This document shows positions 18,072 to 28,037 of a stretch of DNA of 64,000 nucleotides, piece by piece. Both the position numbers and the translations under genes were made by a program. How positions within the stretch are numbered: the stretch's first letter is position 1; every line of letters begins with the position of its first letter. The notes under the pieces were generated by a model. That model was not told the DNA's origin. It did not search any database and saw nothing but the letters and a program-made list of their open reading frames with translations. The stretch is from Gemmatimonadaceae bacterium (GTDB lineage: Bacteria; Gemmatimonadota; Gemmatimonadetes; Gemmatimonadales; Gemmatimonadaceae), in assembly GCA_017881545.1 (NCBI GenBank), contig JADGQU010000001.1, positions 32,484 to 96,483 of the forward strand. The letters run 5' to 3'.

Positions 18072-19180
18072 TCGACGAGCCGAAGCGGCATTACCAGGCA
18101 CATGTACGTCGCGGGGTCTTTCCAGCCTTCCGGTTCCAACGTCGCCGCGCGTTCCGGTGCCTTGAATGTCAAACGTACTTCGTCGGTCGGGATATAGCGC
18201 AGAATTTCAAGCAGATAGCTGGCATTAAAGCCAATATCGAGCTGGTCACCCGTGTAGCGAATCGGAAGTTCATCCTGGGCTTCGCCGAGGTCGGGGGTCT
18301 GTACGCTGAATTTCAGCATTCCCGAATTGAACGAGAGCCGGATTCGATGCGTCTGATCTGACGCAATTACAGACATTCTCTTCAGCGCGCTTGCCAGAGC
18401 AAGTTTATCCGCAATTGCTACTCTGTCATTGTCCTTCGGAATGACCTGCTCGTAATTCGGATATGGTCCCTCAATGAGCCTTGTGAAGACCGCGGTGAAT
18501 GGCGACCTGAAACCGATATGATTGTCGCCGCGGGCGATCTCGAGCTCCTCCTCCGCAGGAAAGAGCCTTCTAACCTGTTCGAGAGCCTTCGGCGGAACGA
18601 TGAGATCACTGGCTGGTGCGTTAGCTGAGTTAATCGGCATTTCCATCTTGGCAAGGCGGTGACCATTCGTCGCTACCATGCGCATTTTGTCCGGCCTCAG
18701 CTCCCACAAAACACCATTTAATATGGGTCTGCTTTCTTCCGAAGAAACCGCGAACGAGGTGTGAGAAATCAGCTGCTGTAAGTCGCCCGACCTGATTCTC
18801 CAGCTCTCATTGAACCGCACTGACGGGAAAGTCGGAAACTCATCTCTCGGAAGGCCCAAGAGTTTGAACCGCGACCGTCCACAATCGAGGGTCACCCGCT
18901 GTTCTCCAACAGCTGCAATCTTGACTGGAGCTGGTGGCAATTCTCGAGCAATCTCACTCAACTTCTTCGCCGGCACTGTTACGGCTCCAGCTACTTCCAC
19001 ATCCGCCATTACTTCCGTGCTAACGGCGATATCGAGATCCGTCCCGGAAAGCTTGATACCCTTATCCGTTGTTTCCACCAGAATATTGGCCAACACCGGT
19101 AGTGTCGTTTTTGCCGGGATGCTTGCCGCTACAGCAGCCAATCCTTCTTGAAGCTTTTCACGAGAGATCGTAAAGCGCAT
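18068..19180 (-). CDS. dnaN: DNA polymerase III beta sliding clamp
   Basis: TLPVLANIL, GTDLDI, SRPILNGV, VATNGHRLA, GPYPNY, LVMPLR. Confidence 0.98.
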   Translation of the reverse strand: MRFTISREKLQEGLAAVAASIPAKTTLPVLANILVETTDKGIKLSGTDLDIAVSTEVMADVEVAGAVTVPAKKLSEIARELPPAPVKIAAVGEQRVTLDCGRSRFKLLGLPRDEFPTFPSVRFNESWRIRSGDLQQLISHTSFAVSSEESRPILNGVLWELRPDKMRMVATNGHRLAKMEMPINSANAPASDLIVPPKALEQVRRLFPAEEELEIARGDNHIGFRSPFTAVFTRLIEGPYPNYEQVIPKDNDRVAIADKLALASALKRMSVIASDQTHRIRLSFNSGMLKFSVQTPDLGEAQDELPIRYTGDQLDIGFNASYLLEILRYIPTDEVRLTFKAPERAATLEPEGWKDPATYMCLVMPLRLVD

Positions 19181-19400
19181 CCCTTCCCCTGTGGAGATTC
19201 AGGTGAGGTACTAGGTAGTCTTTATAAGAGAATTAAGACTAGTAGCTGTAGCAGGTTTTGTGGACTTCTGTCGAGTGGGTCTAACTTATGGTAGCAGCAG
19301 GATTTCCGCTATGCTGGGTGATGTGTGATCGGATGTGGGTAATCTGAGTTGTCAGAGCTTGTCAACACGGTCCCTATGAAGCCCTGGTGGTTTCCACACG
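19181..19400. other. oriC: Chromosomal replication origin (oriC), dnaA-dnaN intergenic
   Basis: DnaA-box-like 9-mers TGTGGACTT (19259-19267), TGTGGGTAA (19334-19342) and GTTTCCACA (19390-19398); trio repeat TAG TAG CTG TAG CAG (19240-19254); AT-rich tract at about 19220-19238. Confidence 0.8.
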
Positions 19401-20804
19401 AGACGTGGGACGAAAGTTGAAAGTTTCGAGGGAATTGCGGATGCGATTGATACGGGACTTCAACTCGGAATCATTGATAATGCTCTGCTGGACTTTTTCC
19501 AAGCTATGAATAACTGTAGAGTGATCACGTCCTCCAAAAGCGTTTCCTATCTCGACGAGCTGAGTGGCGAGAAGCTCACGCGCAAGATACATGGCGATCT
19601 GCCGCGGGGTGGTAAGGGTTTTGGTTCTGGTCTTTGAGCGTAGACCGTCGACGGTTACTCCCCATTCCTTGGCCACTGCTTGCTGAATTGTGAGAATCGT
19701 AAGAGACGTACTTCCTTCCTGCTCGAGCCCTTCGATTGCCCTGAGCTTGTCGCGTAGCGCTTCCCGTGCAACATCGACTGTGATGTCCTTGTGCTTCAGG
19801 GACGCATAGGCAAGAAGCTTGATGATAGACCCCTCGAGCTCCCTCACATTTGACCGGACATGCTCAGCAATGAAATGAATGACGTCATCCGGAATGGTGA
19901 GCTCTAGACGGTCGAGCTGTGCCTTCTGTTTGAGAATGGCAACCCGGTGTTCGAAATCCGGAAGTCCAATATCGGCTACCATGCCCCATTGGAACCTGCT
20001 AATGAGCCTTGCCTCGAGGCCGGCAATTTCTGATGGTGGCCGATCGCTGGTGAGAACGATCTGGCGACCAGCTTCATAAAGCGCGTTGAACGTGTGAAAG
20101 AACTCTTCCTGGGTCGTCTCCTTTCTTCCCTTGAGGAAGTGCACATCATCAATGAGGAGCAGATCAGTCTCCCGATATCGTCGGCGGAACTCAGGTCCGG
20201 TTCGGTCGAGAATCGAGCCAATCAGCTCGTTCATGAACTGCTCTGTCCCTACATAGGTAATTCTGGTTTTCGGGCTGCGTAGAAGTGTTTCATGCGCAAC
20301 CGCCTGCATTAGATGGGTCTTTCCGAGACCGGTATCTCCGTATATGAAGAGGGGGTTGTAGACCTTTCCAGGCGCTTGGCTTACAGCATGTGCGGCAGCA
20401 GCGGCGAGTTCATTAGACTTCCCAATTACGAAGAGATCGAAAGTGTACCGTTCACTCAGTGGCGGTGAACTGGTTCCGTTATGTGCCGGTAGTGGCTTTA
20501 CCGATGTTGGTGGTGGGCTGACGAAAAAATCCATCTGGGAGCGCTTTTTCCGCTCCTCGGCTACCCGAAACGCGACACTCAATGGGTAGCCAAGGACAAT
20601 CGGCGCGTAGCTCGACAGTAGTTCAGCGTGTTTGGAGTCGTTCCAGTCAGCGGTGAACTGATCTGGAGCTCCTACAAAAATGGTACTGCCTTCAATGGAG
20701 AGAGCTTCAGTGGGCTCGAGCCAGGCTTGGAAAGTTTGATCGGGGAGCTCTTGACGGGCGCGATCGAGGAGGCGTTTCCAAACTTCTGCGGGGCTGAGCG
20801 ACAT
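19374..20804 (-). CDS. dnaA: Chromosomal replication initiator DnaA
   Basis: YNPLFIYGDTGLGKTHL, LLIDDV, QEEFFHTFNAL, NVRELEG, GGRDHSTV. Confidence 0.99.
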   Translation of the reverse strand: MSLSPAEVWKRLLDRARQELPDQTFQAWLEPTEALSIEGSTIFVGAPDQFTADWNDSKHAELLSSYAPIVLGYPLSVAFRVAEERKKRSQMDFFVSPPPTSVKPLPAHNGTSSPPLSERYTFDLFVIGKSNELAAAAAHAVSQAPGKVYNPLFIYGDTGLGKTHLMQAVAHETLLRSPKTRITYVGTEQFMNELIGSILDRTGPEFRRRYRETDLLLIDDVHFLKGRKETTQEEFFHTFNALYEAGRQIVLTSDRPPSEIAGLEARLISRFQWGMVADIGLPDFEHRVAILKQKAQLDRLELTIPDDVIHFIAEHVRSNVRELEGSIIKLLAYASLKHKDITVDVAREALRDKLRAIEGLEQEGSTSLTILTIQQAVAKEWGVTVDGLRSKTRTKTLTTPRQIAMYLARELLATQLVEIGNAFGGRDHSTVIHSLEKVQQSIINDSELKSRINRIRNSLETFNFRPTSRVETTRAS

Positions 20805-20827
20805 GACAGGCTACCCTACGCGGTTTA

Positions 20828-20836
20828 TGTGGAAAA
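20828..20836 (-). promoter_or_regulatory. DnaA box in the dnaA promoter region
   Basis: TGTGGAAAA, which is TTTTCCACA on the minus strand, about 25 nt upstream of the dnaA start. Confidence 0.6.
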
Positions 20837-20948
20837 GTCAAACGGGGTACACGTTAACTCCTTCATCCGACTTGAACTATCTTCAATGCTGGAATAGTTT
20901 TACCGCCTCTCAACCGCACCCGTTCTTTTTTGTTTCTGGAGTATCGTA

Positions 20949-21113
20949 ATGGGCAAGCCCACGTACCGTCCTCGCAACAAGCGCCGCATCCGCACACATG
21001 GTTTTAGGTTGCGGATGGCTACCAGATGGGGACGTGAAGTTCTTAGCCGCCGCCGTAAGAAAGGACGCAAACGGCTCACCGTCCAGTTGCCGACGAAATA
21101 CGCTGGCGCCTAG
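20949..21113 (+). CDS. rpmH: 50S ribosomal protein L34
   Basis: Below the ORF-track cutoff. Manual translation: [54 protein letters not shown]. Confidence 0.97.
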   Translation: MGKPTYRPRNKRRIRTHGFRLRMATRWGREVLSRRRKKGRKRLTVQLPTKYAGA

Positions 21114-21462
21114 ACCATTCGGCTTCCCTCGCAGCTCCAGGCTGACGAGCGAGATCGATCTGGAAGTAGTAAGGCGTACAGGGAAGCGAATGCAAACCGA
21201 GCGTCTGGAAGCCCGGGCATCTGCTTCCCTGTTATTGCATCCGAGAGCCGGAGTAGTCGTTCCGAAGCACAGGCACAATATTGTCGAGCGGAACCGGGTA
21301 AAACGTCGCCTGCGCGAGTTGGTAAGAATCAAGCTATTGCCTGGATTGCAACGGATCGACGTTTTGATTCGTGCGAAACCCGAAGCCTACGATTCGAGCT
21401 TTGCGCAGCTTGCCGGCGATGTAGGCGCTATCGGCGAGTGGGTGTCGCGAATGTCACGCTAG
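21103..21462 (+). CDS. rnpA: Ribonuclease P protein component (start uncertain)
   Basis: FPRSSRL, R-x-GVVVPK and [12 protein letters not shown] (RNR motif); located right after rpmH. Confidence 0.9.
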   Translation: MAPRPFGFPRSSRLTSEIDLEVVRRTGKRMQTERLEARASASLLLHPRAGVVVPKHRHNIVERNRVKRRLRELVRIKLLPGLQRIDVLIRAKPEAYDSSFAQLAGDVGAIGEWVSRMSR

Positions 21463-21464
21463 CG

Positions 21465-21674
21465 ATGCGTTCCGTATTTATTGTTCTGATTCGCGGCTAT
21501 CAGCTGGGTATATCTCCGCTGTTTCCGGCTAGCTGCCGTTACTATCCAACATGCTCGGCCTATGCACTCGAAGCCTTCGAGCGACATGGAGTGACAAAGG
21601 GACTGAGGCTTACCGTAAGCCGAATTCTTCGATGTCACCCCTTTCGGCCGGGCGGTTACGACCCGGTTCCCTGA
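21465..21674 (+). CDS. yidD: Membrane protein insertion efficiency factor YidD
   Basis: YQ-x-x-ISP...CRYYPTCS-x-Y...RILRCHPF-x-x-GGYDPVP. Confidence 0.96.
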   Translation: MRSVFIVLIRGYQLGISPLFPASCRYYPTCSAYALEAFERHGVTKGLRLTVSRILRCHPFRPGGYDPVP

Positions 21675-23372
21675 ATGGATAAGCGTTTCTTTCTAGCTCT
21701 CTTTCTCTCGCTCATAGTCATTGCGATTTCTCAGCTGTTATTTCCGGCGACCAAGCCGACACCTTCGAGCCAAGGTGCGACTGGAAAGGACTCTGTCTCG
21801 GGGCTGAATAGCACCGCGTCGTCAACACAACCACTGGCTACGAAGACCTTGGCGGCGGAAACCTCCACAGCCGCTAGTTCACCGGTTCGTGCAGTAGTCG
21901 CATTAACAGGCAACAGACCGGCTCAGCCGCTCGCAGAAACGGTAGCGGTCAACACTCCGAGAGCGATCTACCAATTCAGCAATGTTGGAGCTACCCCGGT
22001 CTCGATAGTGAATAGAGACTACAAGAATCGATCGGTAAGCGGCGGCCTGGTTGATCTGGGAGTCCCTGGCTCCTCGCTTCTGAGGTATCAGCTGGTTACG
22101 CCAACGGATACAGTGGATCTGTCGCAGGTACCGTTTGCTCTCACACGAGTCAGGAACGCCAAAGGAGACGAGACCCTTACCTATAACGCATCGGTAAAGA
22201 ATCTCGGAGTCTCGATTTCATACAGTGTTTCCCAGGACACGGCTGCCAGCTATTCGACCAGAGTCGACGGCCGAGTCACGGGAACACAGGGAACGGTATA
22301 TCTGGTCACTGAGCTTCCCAGGACGCTGCAGCCAACAGAGGCCGATACAATTGGAGATCATCGGACTCTGGCTTACAGCTTCAAGCCACAACGCGATCAT
22401 GCTCGAAGCGTGCTTTTCGGCAGCCTGGATCCCGGGGAGAAAACACTCGAGGCCGGACCACTCAACTGGGTGGCGATAAAGAATAAGTACTTCGTGTTCG
22501 GAATTCTGGCATCGCCAAAGGGCACGCCATTCAGTGAAGTCACACTGGCTGGCGGCCCACGCACTTCGAAGATCGCAACGACTGCCTCAGCGAGCGTGGT
22601 GGAAGAAGTTCGCAACGGCAATTTTTCGTTCCAGATCTATGCAGGCCCACAGGAATCACAGCGTCTCATGAGGATGGGCCAGGACTTCGACCATGTAAAT
22701 CCCTACGGCTGGCGCTTCCTGCAGGGTGTTGTGCATCCGATTGCCTCGAAGGTTATCCAGGCTCTGCTCTGGATGCACAACCGGCTCAACCTGACTTATG
22801 GGTGGGTGCTGGTCATTCTCGGAATTCTCGTACGATTCGCATTATGGCCGCTCAATCAGAGCACCATGCGTTCGAGCCTCAAGATGCAGGAGCTGCAGCC
22901 GAAGCTTGCAGCTGCCCAGAAGAAATACAAGGATCCGGTACAGCAGCGCGAAGCGATCATGAAAGTCTATAGTGACGCTGGGGTGAGTCCTTTTGCCGGG
23001 TTGACCGGGTGTCTGCCGGCGCTCCTCCCAATGCCGATCCTCTTCGCTCTGTTCTTCGTTTTCCAGAATACGATCGAGTTTCGCGGCGTGCCCTTCATGT
23101 GGCTGCACGACATCTCGATCAAGGATCCGCTCTACATTCTGCCGTTGCTCATGGGTGCGTCCATGTACGTGCTGTCGTGGATTGGAATGCGCAATGCTCC
23201 GCCGAATCCACAGGCGAAGATGATGGGCTACATGTTCCCCGTGATGATGACAGTGGTGTTGCTCAACATGGCTTCGGGTCTCAATCTCTACTACACAGCG
23301 CAGAACATCGCCGCACTTCCGCAGCAATGGATGCTGGCAAGGGAACGCGCAAAGGCACGTCCCGCAGGGTAA
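21675..23372 (+). CDS. yidC: Membrane protein insertase YidC
   Basis: KNKYF, YAGP, S-x-x-KMQELQP, GCLP, IEFRG-x-PF-x-W-x-x-D-x-S-x-x-DP, SGLNLYY. Confidence 0.97.
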   Translation: MDKRFFLALFLSLIVIAISQLLFPATKPTPSSQGATGKDSVSGLNSTASSTQPLATKTLAAETSTAASSPVRAVVALTGNRPAQPLAETVAVNTPRAIYQFSNVGATPVSIVNRDYKNRSVSGGLVDLGVPGSSLLRYQLVTPTDTVDLSQVPFALTRVRNAKGDETLTYNASVKNLGVSISYSVSQDTAASYSTRVDGRVTGTQGTVYLVTELPRTLQPTEADTIGDHRTLAYSFKPQRDHARSVLFGSLDPGEKTLEAGPLNWVAIKNKYFVFGILASPKGTPFSEVTLAGGPRTSKIATTASASVVEEVRNGNFSFQIYAGPQESQRLMRMGQDFDHVNPYGWRFLQGVVHPIASKVIQALLWMHNRLNLTYGWVLVILGILVRFALWPLNQSTMRSSLKMQELQPKLAAAQKKYKDPVQQREAIMKVYSDAGVSPFAGLTGCLPALLPMPILFALFFVFQNTIEFRGVPFMWLHDISIKDPLYILPLLMGASMYVLSWIGMRNAPPNPQAKMMGYMFPVMMTVVLLNMASGLNLYYTAQNIAALPQQWMLARERAKARPAG

Positions 23373-23382
23373 GGGGGAAGCC

Positions 23383-24171
23383 ATGCTGCGTGTCACCTAC
23401 ATTGGTCACGCAACGCTACTAATTGAAATTGGCGGAAAACGGATCCTCACGGACCCCAATTTCGATCTAGCTCTCGGGAAATTCCTCCCGCGTGTCAGTG
23501 CCCCAGGCATAGCTCTCGAAGCCCTTCCGAACCTCGATGCGATCCTGCTGACGCACGCGCACGCCGATCATCTCTCATTCGCTTCTCTCGACGCGCTTCC
23601 GAGAAACATTCCCCTGTTTGCTCCGCCGGCAATCGCCAAATGGCTGGCGAAGCAGGGATACAGCCATGCGGTCGCGGTTGCTCCAGGTGAAGGAATGGAG
23701 TTCGATGGTGTGAAGATCCGGGCTGCCTTGGCGACCCACAAGGGGAATCGCTATGGCATAGATCGCTGGAGAAGCGCCACCAATATGTATCTTATTGATA
23801 CGAATACTGTGTCCTGCTTCTTTGCCGGAGACACGGCTCTCACCTCCAACACGACACACCTCGTGGAGAACCATCTGATTGCGAACGGGCGGAACCTGGA
23901 TCTCGCGCTCCTCCCGATCGGACACGCCCCGTGGTGGAAACCCGGGTTCCGTAAGGGGCACCTGACGAGCAGCGATGCGCTCACTCTTTTCGAGAGACTC
24001 AACGCCAGATACCTCATCCCCTACCACTGGGGGACGTTCAATCACGTCACATCGACGGCTTTCGATGCGATTGACAGGCTGAGAGCAACACTTCAGGATC
24101 ATCCCCTGCATCCCTCCGTGAAGATCCTGGAGCCGGGCACCATGTTCGTCCTTCCGGCAGCGAGCGCGTGA
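23383..24171 (+). CDS. MBL-fold metallo-hydrolase (UlaG/NAPE-PLD-like)
   Basis: IGHAT, LTDP, THAHADH, FAGDT, LPIG, PYHWGTF. Confidence 0.88.
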   Translation: MLRVTYIGHATLLIEIGGKRILTDPNFDLALGKFLPRVSAPGIALEALPNLDAILLTHAHADHLSFASLDALPRNIPLFAPPAIAKWLAKQGYSHAVAVAPGEGMEFDGVKIRAALATHKGNRYGIDRWRSATNMYLIDTNTVSCFFAGDTALTSNTTHLVENHLIANGRNLDLALLPIGHAPWWKPGFRKGHLTSSDALTLFERLNARYLIPYHWGTFNHVTSTAFDAIDRLRATLQDHPLHPSVKILEPGTMFVLPAASA

Positions 24172-25556
24172 TATCAGCTGGCACGAGCGCCGTGGAACTG
24201 GAGGATACCATTGTCGCTGTCGCGAGCGCACCGGGTCGTGGCGCGATTGCTCTCGTAAGGCTGAGTGGTCCGGATGCGTTTTCGATTGCCGCGAAGGTAC
24301 TACGGGTTTCACCTCTCGAGCCGCGGGTGTCCCATTTGTGCGATGTATTTGATGGCGAGGAGAAACTCGATCAGGCGCTGGTCACGCTCTTCCCGGGCCC
24401 CAACTCGTTCACGGGCGAAGACACTGTCGAGTTCTCGACGCACGGCGGCTACCTCGTTCCGAGCACTCTAGTCGCGGCTCTGCTTTCATTGGGCGCCCGA
24501 CAAGCAACGCCTGGGGAATTCACGCGTCGAGCGGTGCTCAACGGCAAGCTCGACATCCTTCAGGCCGAAGCGATCGGTGATCTGATCGATGCGAGCTCTC
24601 ATGTCATGCAGCGGACGGCGCTTGGCCAGCTGGATGGAGGGCTATCGCGCCGCCTCCTGAGCCTGAGGAGTGATCTCATCGGGCTCGAGGCGCTGATTGC
24701 CTACGACGTTGATTTTCCGGAGGAGGACGATGGCCCGGTTCCGCGAAAAAAGATTGATCAGTCCGCCGCAGGAATTGCCAGCTCTCTTGAAGCCCTTATT
24801 TCCACTGGCCCAGCCGGCGAGCTCATTCGAGAGGGCGCAATCGTGGTCATCGCGGGCCCGCCGAACGCCGGGAAGTCGTCTCTGTTCAATGCACTTCTGG
24901 GCAAATCCCGCGCAATTGTAACGGAGATTCCCGGTACCACGCGTGATGCTCTCGAGGCTGTGATCGATAGCGGCAAGTGGCCCCTGCGCCTCGTGGATAC
25001 AGCAGGGCTGCGGGAAACCGAAGACCGAATCGAGCGCCTTGGCATCGAAGTGAGTGAGCGCTATCTGGCGAGTGCGCATGTAGTGCTTGCATGTGCCGAG
25101 GATTCGAAGAGCCTCAAGGTGACAATCGATCTCGTGGGTCAGAACTCAGCGGCGCCAATTCTGGCGGTTCGCACCAAGAGCGATTTAGTACCACAGCGCG
25201 ACGAATTAAATGGCAATGAGCTGCCTGGTTCGCGCACCGTGATTCCGGTCAGCGCCGAGACAGGAACGGGGCTGCAGGAACTGCTCGCCGCGATTGACGG
25301 TACGCTGGATGCTCAACACGGGGCGATCGTCCCCGACCTGCCGCTGCTGACCAGAGCCCGTCATCAGAAAGCGATCGGCACTGCCCGGGCAGAGCTCGGA
25401 CAGTTCATGGCAGCCTGGCGAGAAGAGAAGCTTCCAGCGACGATCGCCGCCGTACATCTCCGGACCGCGGTCCATTCGCTTGAAGAACTTATAGGAGCCG
25501 TGGAAATCGAGGATGTGCTCGACCGGGTATTCAGCTCTTTTTGTGTTGGAAAGTAG
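24168..25556 (+). CDS. mnmE: tRNA modification GTPase MnmE/TrmE
   Basis: PNSFTGED, PGEFTRRA, GPPNAGKSSL, GTTRD, DTAG, C-terminal FCVGK. Confidence 0.98.
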   Translation: MISAGTSAVELEDTIVAVASAPGRGAIALVRLSGPDAFSIAAKVLRVSPLEPRVSHLCDVFDGEEKLDQALVTLFPGPNSFTGEDTVEFSTHGGYLVPSTLVAALLSLGARQATPGEFTRRAVLNGKLDILQAEAIGDLIDASSHVMQRTALGQLDGGLSRRLLSLRSDLIGLEALIAYDVDFPEEDDGPVPRKKIDQSAAGIASSLEALISTGPAGELIREGAIVVIAGPPNAGKSSLFNALLGKSRAIVTEIPGTTRDALEAVIDSGKWPLRLVDTAGLRETEDRIERLGIEVSERYLASAHVVLACAEDSKSLKVTIDLVGQNSAAPILAVRTKSDLVPQRDELNGNELPGSRTVIPVSAETGTGLQELLAAIDGTLDAQHGAIVPDLPLLTRARHQKAIGTARAELGQFMAAWREEKLPATIAAVHLRTAVHSLEELIGAVEIEDVLDRVFSSFCVGK

Positions 25557-25558
25557 GG

Positions 25559-26497
25559 TTAAGCGGAGGCGGCGGCAGAGCTGGCAAGCGATGTGATCTC
25601 GCCGGCACCGGCGCGGATTGCCCAGGAAAGTCCGCGTGAGTTGACGGCCGCCTCGACCATCTTCGTGCCAAGGAAGTAGCCGCTTCTCTCAGGGAAAACA
25701 TGGCGCTCCACAGTTCGGGCGTCATCGCTCATTCCACCCGAGAGATATCTGAGCCGCAGTCCCAGGCCCGCCCGATCCAGATCGTTATTGAGGGCTCTCG
25801 TCATCAGCGGCTCGAGCTCACGGACGCTCGCGTACTCGCGTCTCGTATAGCCATAGTACTCCCAGGCAGCATGTCCGGGACTGATTGCTCTTGACGCAAT
25901 CGTGGCCAGACCCTCGTTGATCATGAGCTCGCGGAGTGAAGCGCGTCTGCCGGTTTCCCAGTACGAGTAGTATCCGCCCGCGTCATCGATCAGCTGTTTC
26001 ATCTCGCTCCTGCTGGTGGGCGAGGTATAGCGGACCGTGTGCGCGATCTCGTGGGTGAGCCACAGTGGGATCAGCTCGGGGTCGAGGCCCAGACCCTGCG
26101 TCTCCGGGTTCGTCACGCTGGTGAAATGCTCCAGGCAAACGAACGCGACCCCTTTTCCCTCGACTACCAGCTCGCCGGCATTCGCCGCACCAACGCCAAC
26201 CATGAGCACAACGTCGATGTCAGTGTCGACGTCGAAGAGAGTCCGGCATTGCTCTTCCGTATTTCGGGCCAGGGAGACGACGTCGATTCTCTCGAGCATC
26301 GTGCGAAGGTCTACACGGCTCGCAAGTGCGGCAGAGCGAACAACTTCCAGAAAATGCGGCCCGGCCGGATCCAGCACATAGTTGTGCCAGTAGGCTTCTA
26401 GGAAGCGGCGGTGGTTTTCGAAGTAGCGGAGATAGGCGGCGACACGGTCTGTACTGTTGTGAACTGCGAAAAAGTCAGGCAGTAGGTTGATGAGCAT
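25559..26497 (-). CDS. Putative Zn-dependent protease (HEXXH; DUF2268-like)
   Basis: THEIAH, downstream NEGLA, and GYFLG. Start placed at MLINLL (26497). Confidence 0.7.
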   Translation of the reverse strand: MLINLLPDFFAVHNSTDRVAAYLRYFENHRRFLEAYWHNYVLDPAGPHFLEVVRSAALASRVDLRTMLERIDVVSLARNTEEQCRTLFDVDTDIDVVLMVGVGAANAGELVVEGKGVAFVCLEHFTSVTNPETQGLGLDPELIPLWLTHEIAHTVRYTSPTSRSEMKQLIDDAGGYYSYWETGRRASLRELMINEGLATIASRAISPGHAAWEYYGYTRREYASVRELEPLMTRALNNDLDRAGLGLRLRYLSGGMSDDARTVERHVFPERSGYFLGTKMVEAAVNSRGLSWAIRAGAGEITSLASSAAASA

Positions 26498-26668
26498 CAA
26501 CGACCAGGTCGCGGGGTGGTGAGCCAGTCGCGGTTTTTGCGATGCGAGAAGATACAATCCACCCAAACTCTCAACAAGGCCGATCTCTTCGACAAAGATT
26601 TCAAAACTGTGGCACAGATATTCCCTCTGTATTCGGAAAGCTTCGAGCGCTGATTAGGAGGAGTAACC

Positions 26669-27319
26669 ATGACAACGCTGCGTCAGATCGAGCTTCGTTG
26701 TCCCGTGTGCGACAACGAGTTCAAATCCCAGACTGTAGTTTCGACAAATGCGTTCGGGGGAAAACGGACCGATTTCCACGAACGAGCAGCCGGAACGCAG
26801 CCGCTTGCATATCTCATCCACATGTGCAGCGAATGCGGCTTCTCTGGTGGAGAGTCCGATTTTACGCCTGCGACAGATGTCAGCCCGGGGTTGAGACAGC
26901 ACGTTCTCATGGAGCTTGCCCCGCTTCGGCCGTCGCTGGTTTGTGGCTCGGAGAAGTACGAGGCGGCCGCCAAGGTCGCCCGGTGGCAAGGTCTGGATCA
27001 GCGGCACATTGCGGATCTCCTCCTTCGTGCCGCTTGGTGCTGTGTCGATGAGGGAGACCCGGAAGCGGAGCGCTATTTCCGCCGGCATGCCGCGGGGATG
27101 TTCGAGGAATCACTCCAGGCCTACGACACCGTTCCGAGGGAAGAGCGAGCAATCCTTACGTATCTGGTCGGCGAGCTCTGGAGACGAATCGGGGATACCA
27201 AAAAGGCGACAGCCTGGTTCGATCTGGTGGGCAGTGAGGTGACCGATCAGCAGAGTCAGCAATGGGTCATCGATGCCGCTGAGCAGCAGAAGCTGAACCC
27301 CAGGGAGTGGTTCGGCTAG
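26669..27319 (+). CDS. DUF2225-like zinc-finger/TPR protein
   Basis: CPVC...C-x-x-CGF, L-x-AAW-x-x-x-D, YLVGEL-x-RR-x-G; AGGAGG Shine-Dalgarno. Confidence 0.8.
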   Translation: MTTLRQIELRCPVCDNEFKSQTVVSTNAFGGKRTDFHERAAGTQPLAYLIHMCSECGFSGGESDFTPATDVSPGLRQHVLMELAPLRPSLVCGSEKYEAAAKVARWQGLDQRHIADLLLRAAWCCVDEGDPEAERYFRRHAAGMFEESLQAYDTVPREERAILTYLVGELWRRIGDTKKATAWFDLVGSEVTDQQSQQWVIDAAEQQKLNPREWFG

Positions 27320-27322
27320 CGC

Positions 27323-27973
27323 TCAACGCGTGCCGAACAATCTGTCTCCAGCATCTCCGAGGCCCGGCAGGATGTAACCCTGCTTGTTGAGTTCCCGGTC
27401 GAGGGCCGCGCAATAGATCTGGACGTCCGGATGCGCCTTGCTCAGATACCGGACTCCTTCGGGAGCGGCGACCAAACAGAGAAACCGAATCCGGTTTGCG
27501 CCCGCCCTCTTCAGTGAGGCAACAGCGGCAGCAGCGCTTCCCCCAGTGGCGAGCATCGGATCGAGCAGGAAGAAATCTCGTTCCGCCGTATCCCCGGGCA
27601 CCTTGAAATAATAGTCCACTGGCAGCAGGGTGCTGTGGTCCCGGTAGAGTCCGATGTGGCCTACGCGCGCCGAAGGCACGAGGCGGAGAATCCCTTCAAC
27701 CATTCCGAGACCGGCGCGCAAGATCGGGACGAGCGTCAGCTTCTTGCCGCTGATATGCCAGCCCGACGTCTTCTCCAGCGGAGTGTCTACCTCCCTCGGC
27801 TCGAGACTCAGGTCGTTGGTGGCCTCGTACGCCATGAGCATCGCGATCTCATCGACGAGCTCCTTGAAAGTCTTGGTCTCCGTCTGCCGGTCGCGCAGGA
27901 TCGTCAGCTTGTGCTGAACGAGGGGATGCCGGATAATAGTCAGAGAGGGGAATTCCTTGACGCGCTCGATCAT
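27323..27973 (-). CDS. upp: Uracil phosphoribosyltransferase
   Basis: HPL-x-x-[35 protein letters not shown]. Confidence 0.98.
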   Translation of the reverse strand: MIERVKEFPSLTIIRHPLVQHKLTILRDRQTETKTFKELVDEIAMLMAYEATNDLSLEPREVDTPLEKTSGWHISGKKLTLVPILRAGLGMVEGILRLVPSARVGHIGLYRDHSTLLPVDYYFKVPGDTAERDFFLLDPMLATGGSAAAAVASLKRAGANRIRFLCLVAAPEGVRYLSKAHPDVQIYCAALDRELNKQGYILPGLGDAGDRLFGTR

Positions 27974-28037
27974 TCTAGCCCCGGGATTCCGGCATCAATA
28001 CTGTGAACATTCACCGGCTCATAATCTCTAATCCCCG

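Noticed and set aside
19282-19306. IHF-like site within oriC
   Set aside because: Only the CA-N4-TTA part matches the consensus; too weak to list separately.
20910-21332. 140-aa minus-strand ORF and the 20998 start of the rnpA ORF
   Set aside because: They overlap rpmH/rnpA; the rnpA N-terminal extension is out-of-frame rpmH sequence.
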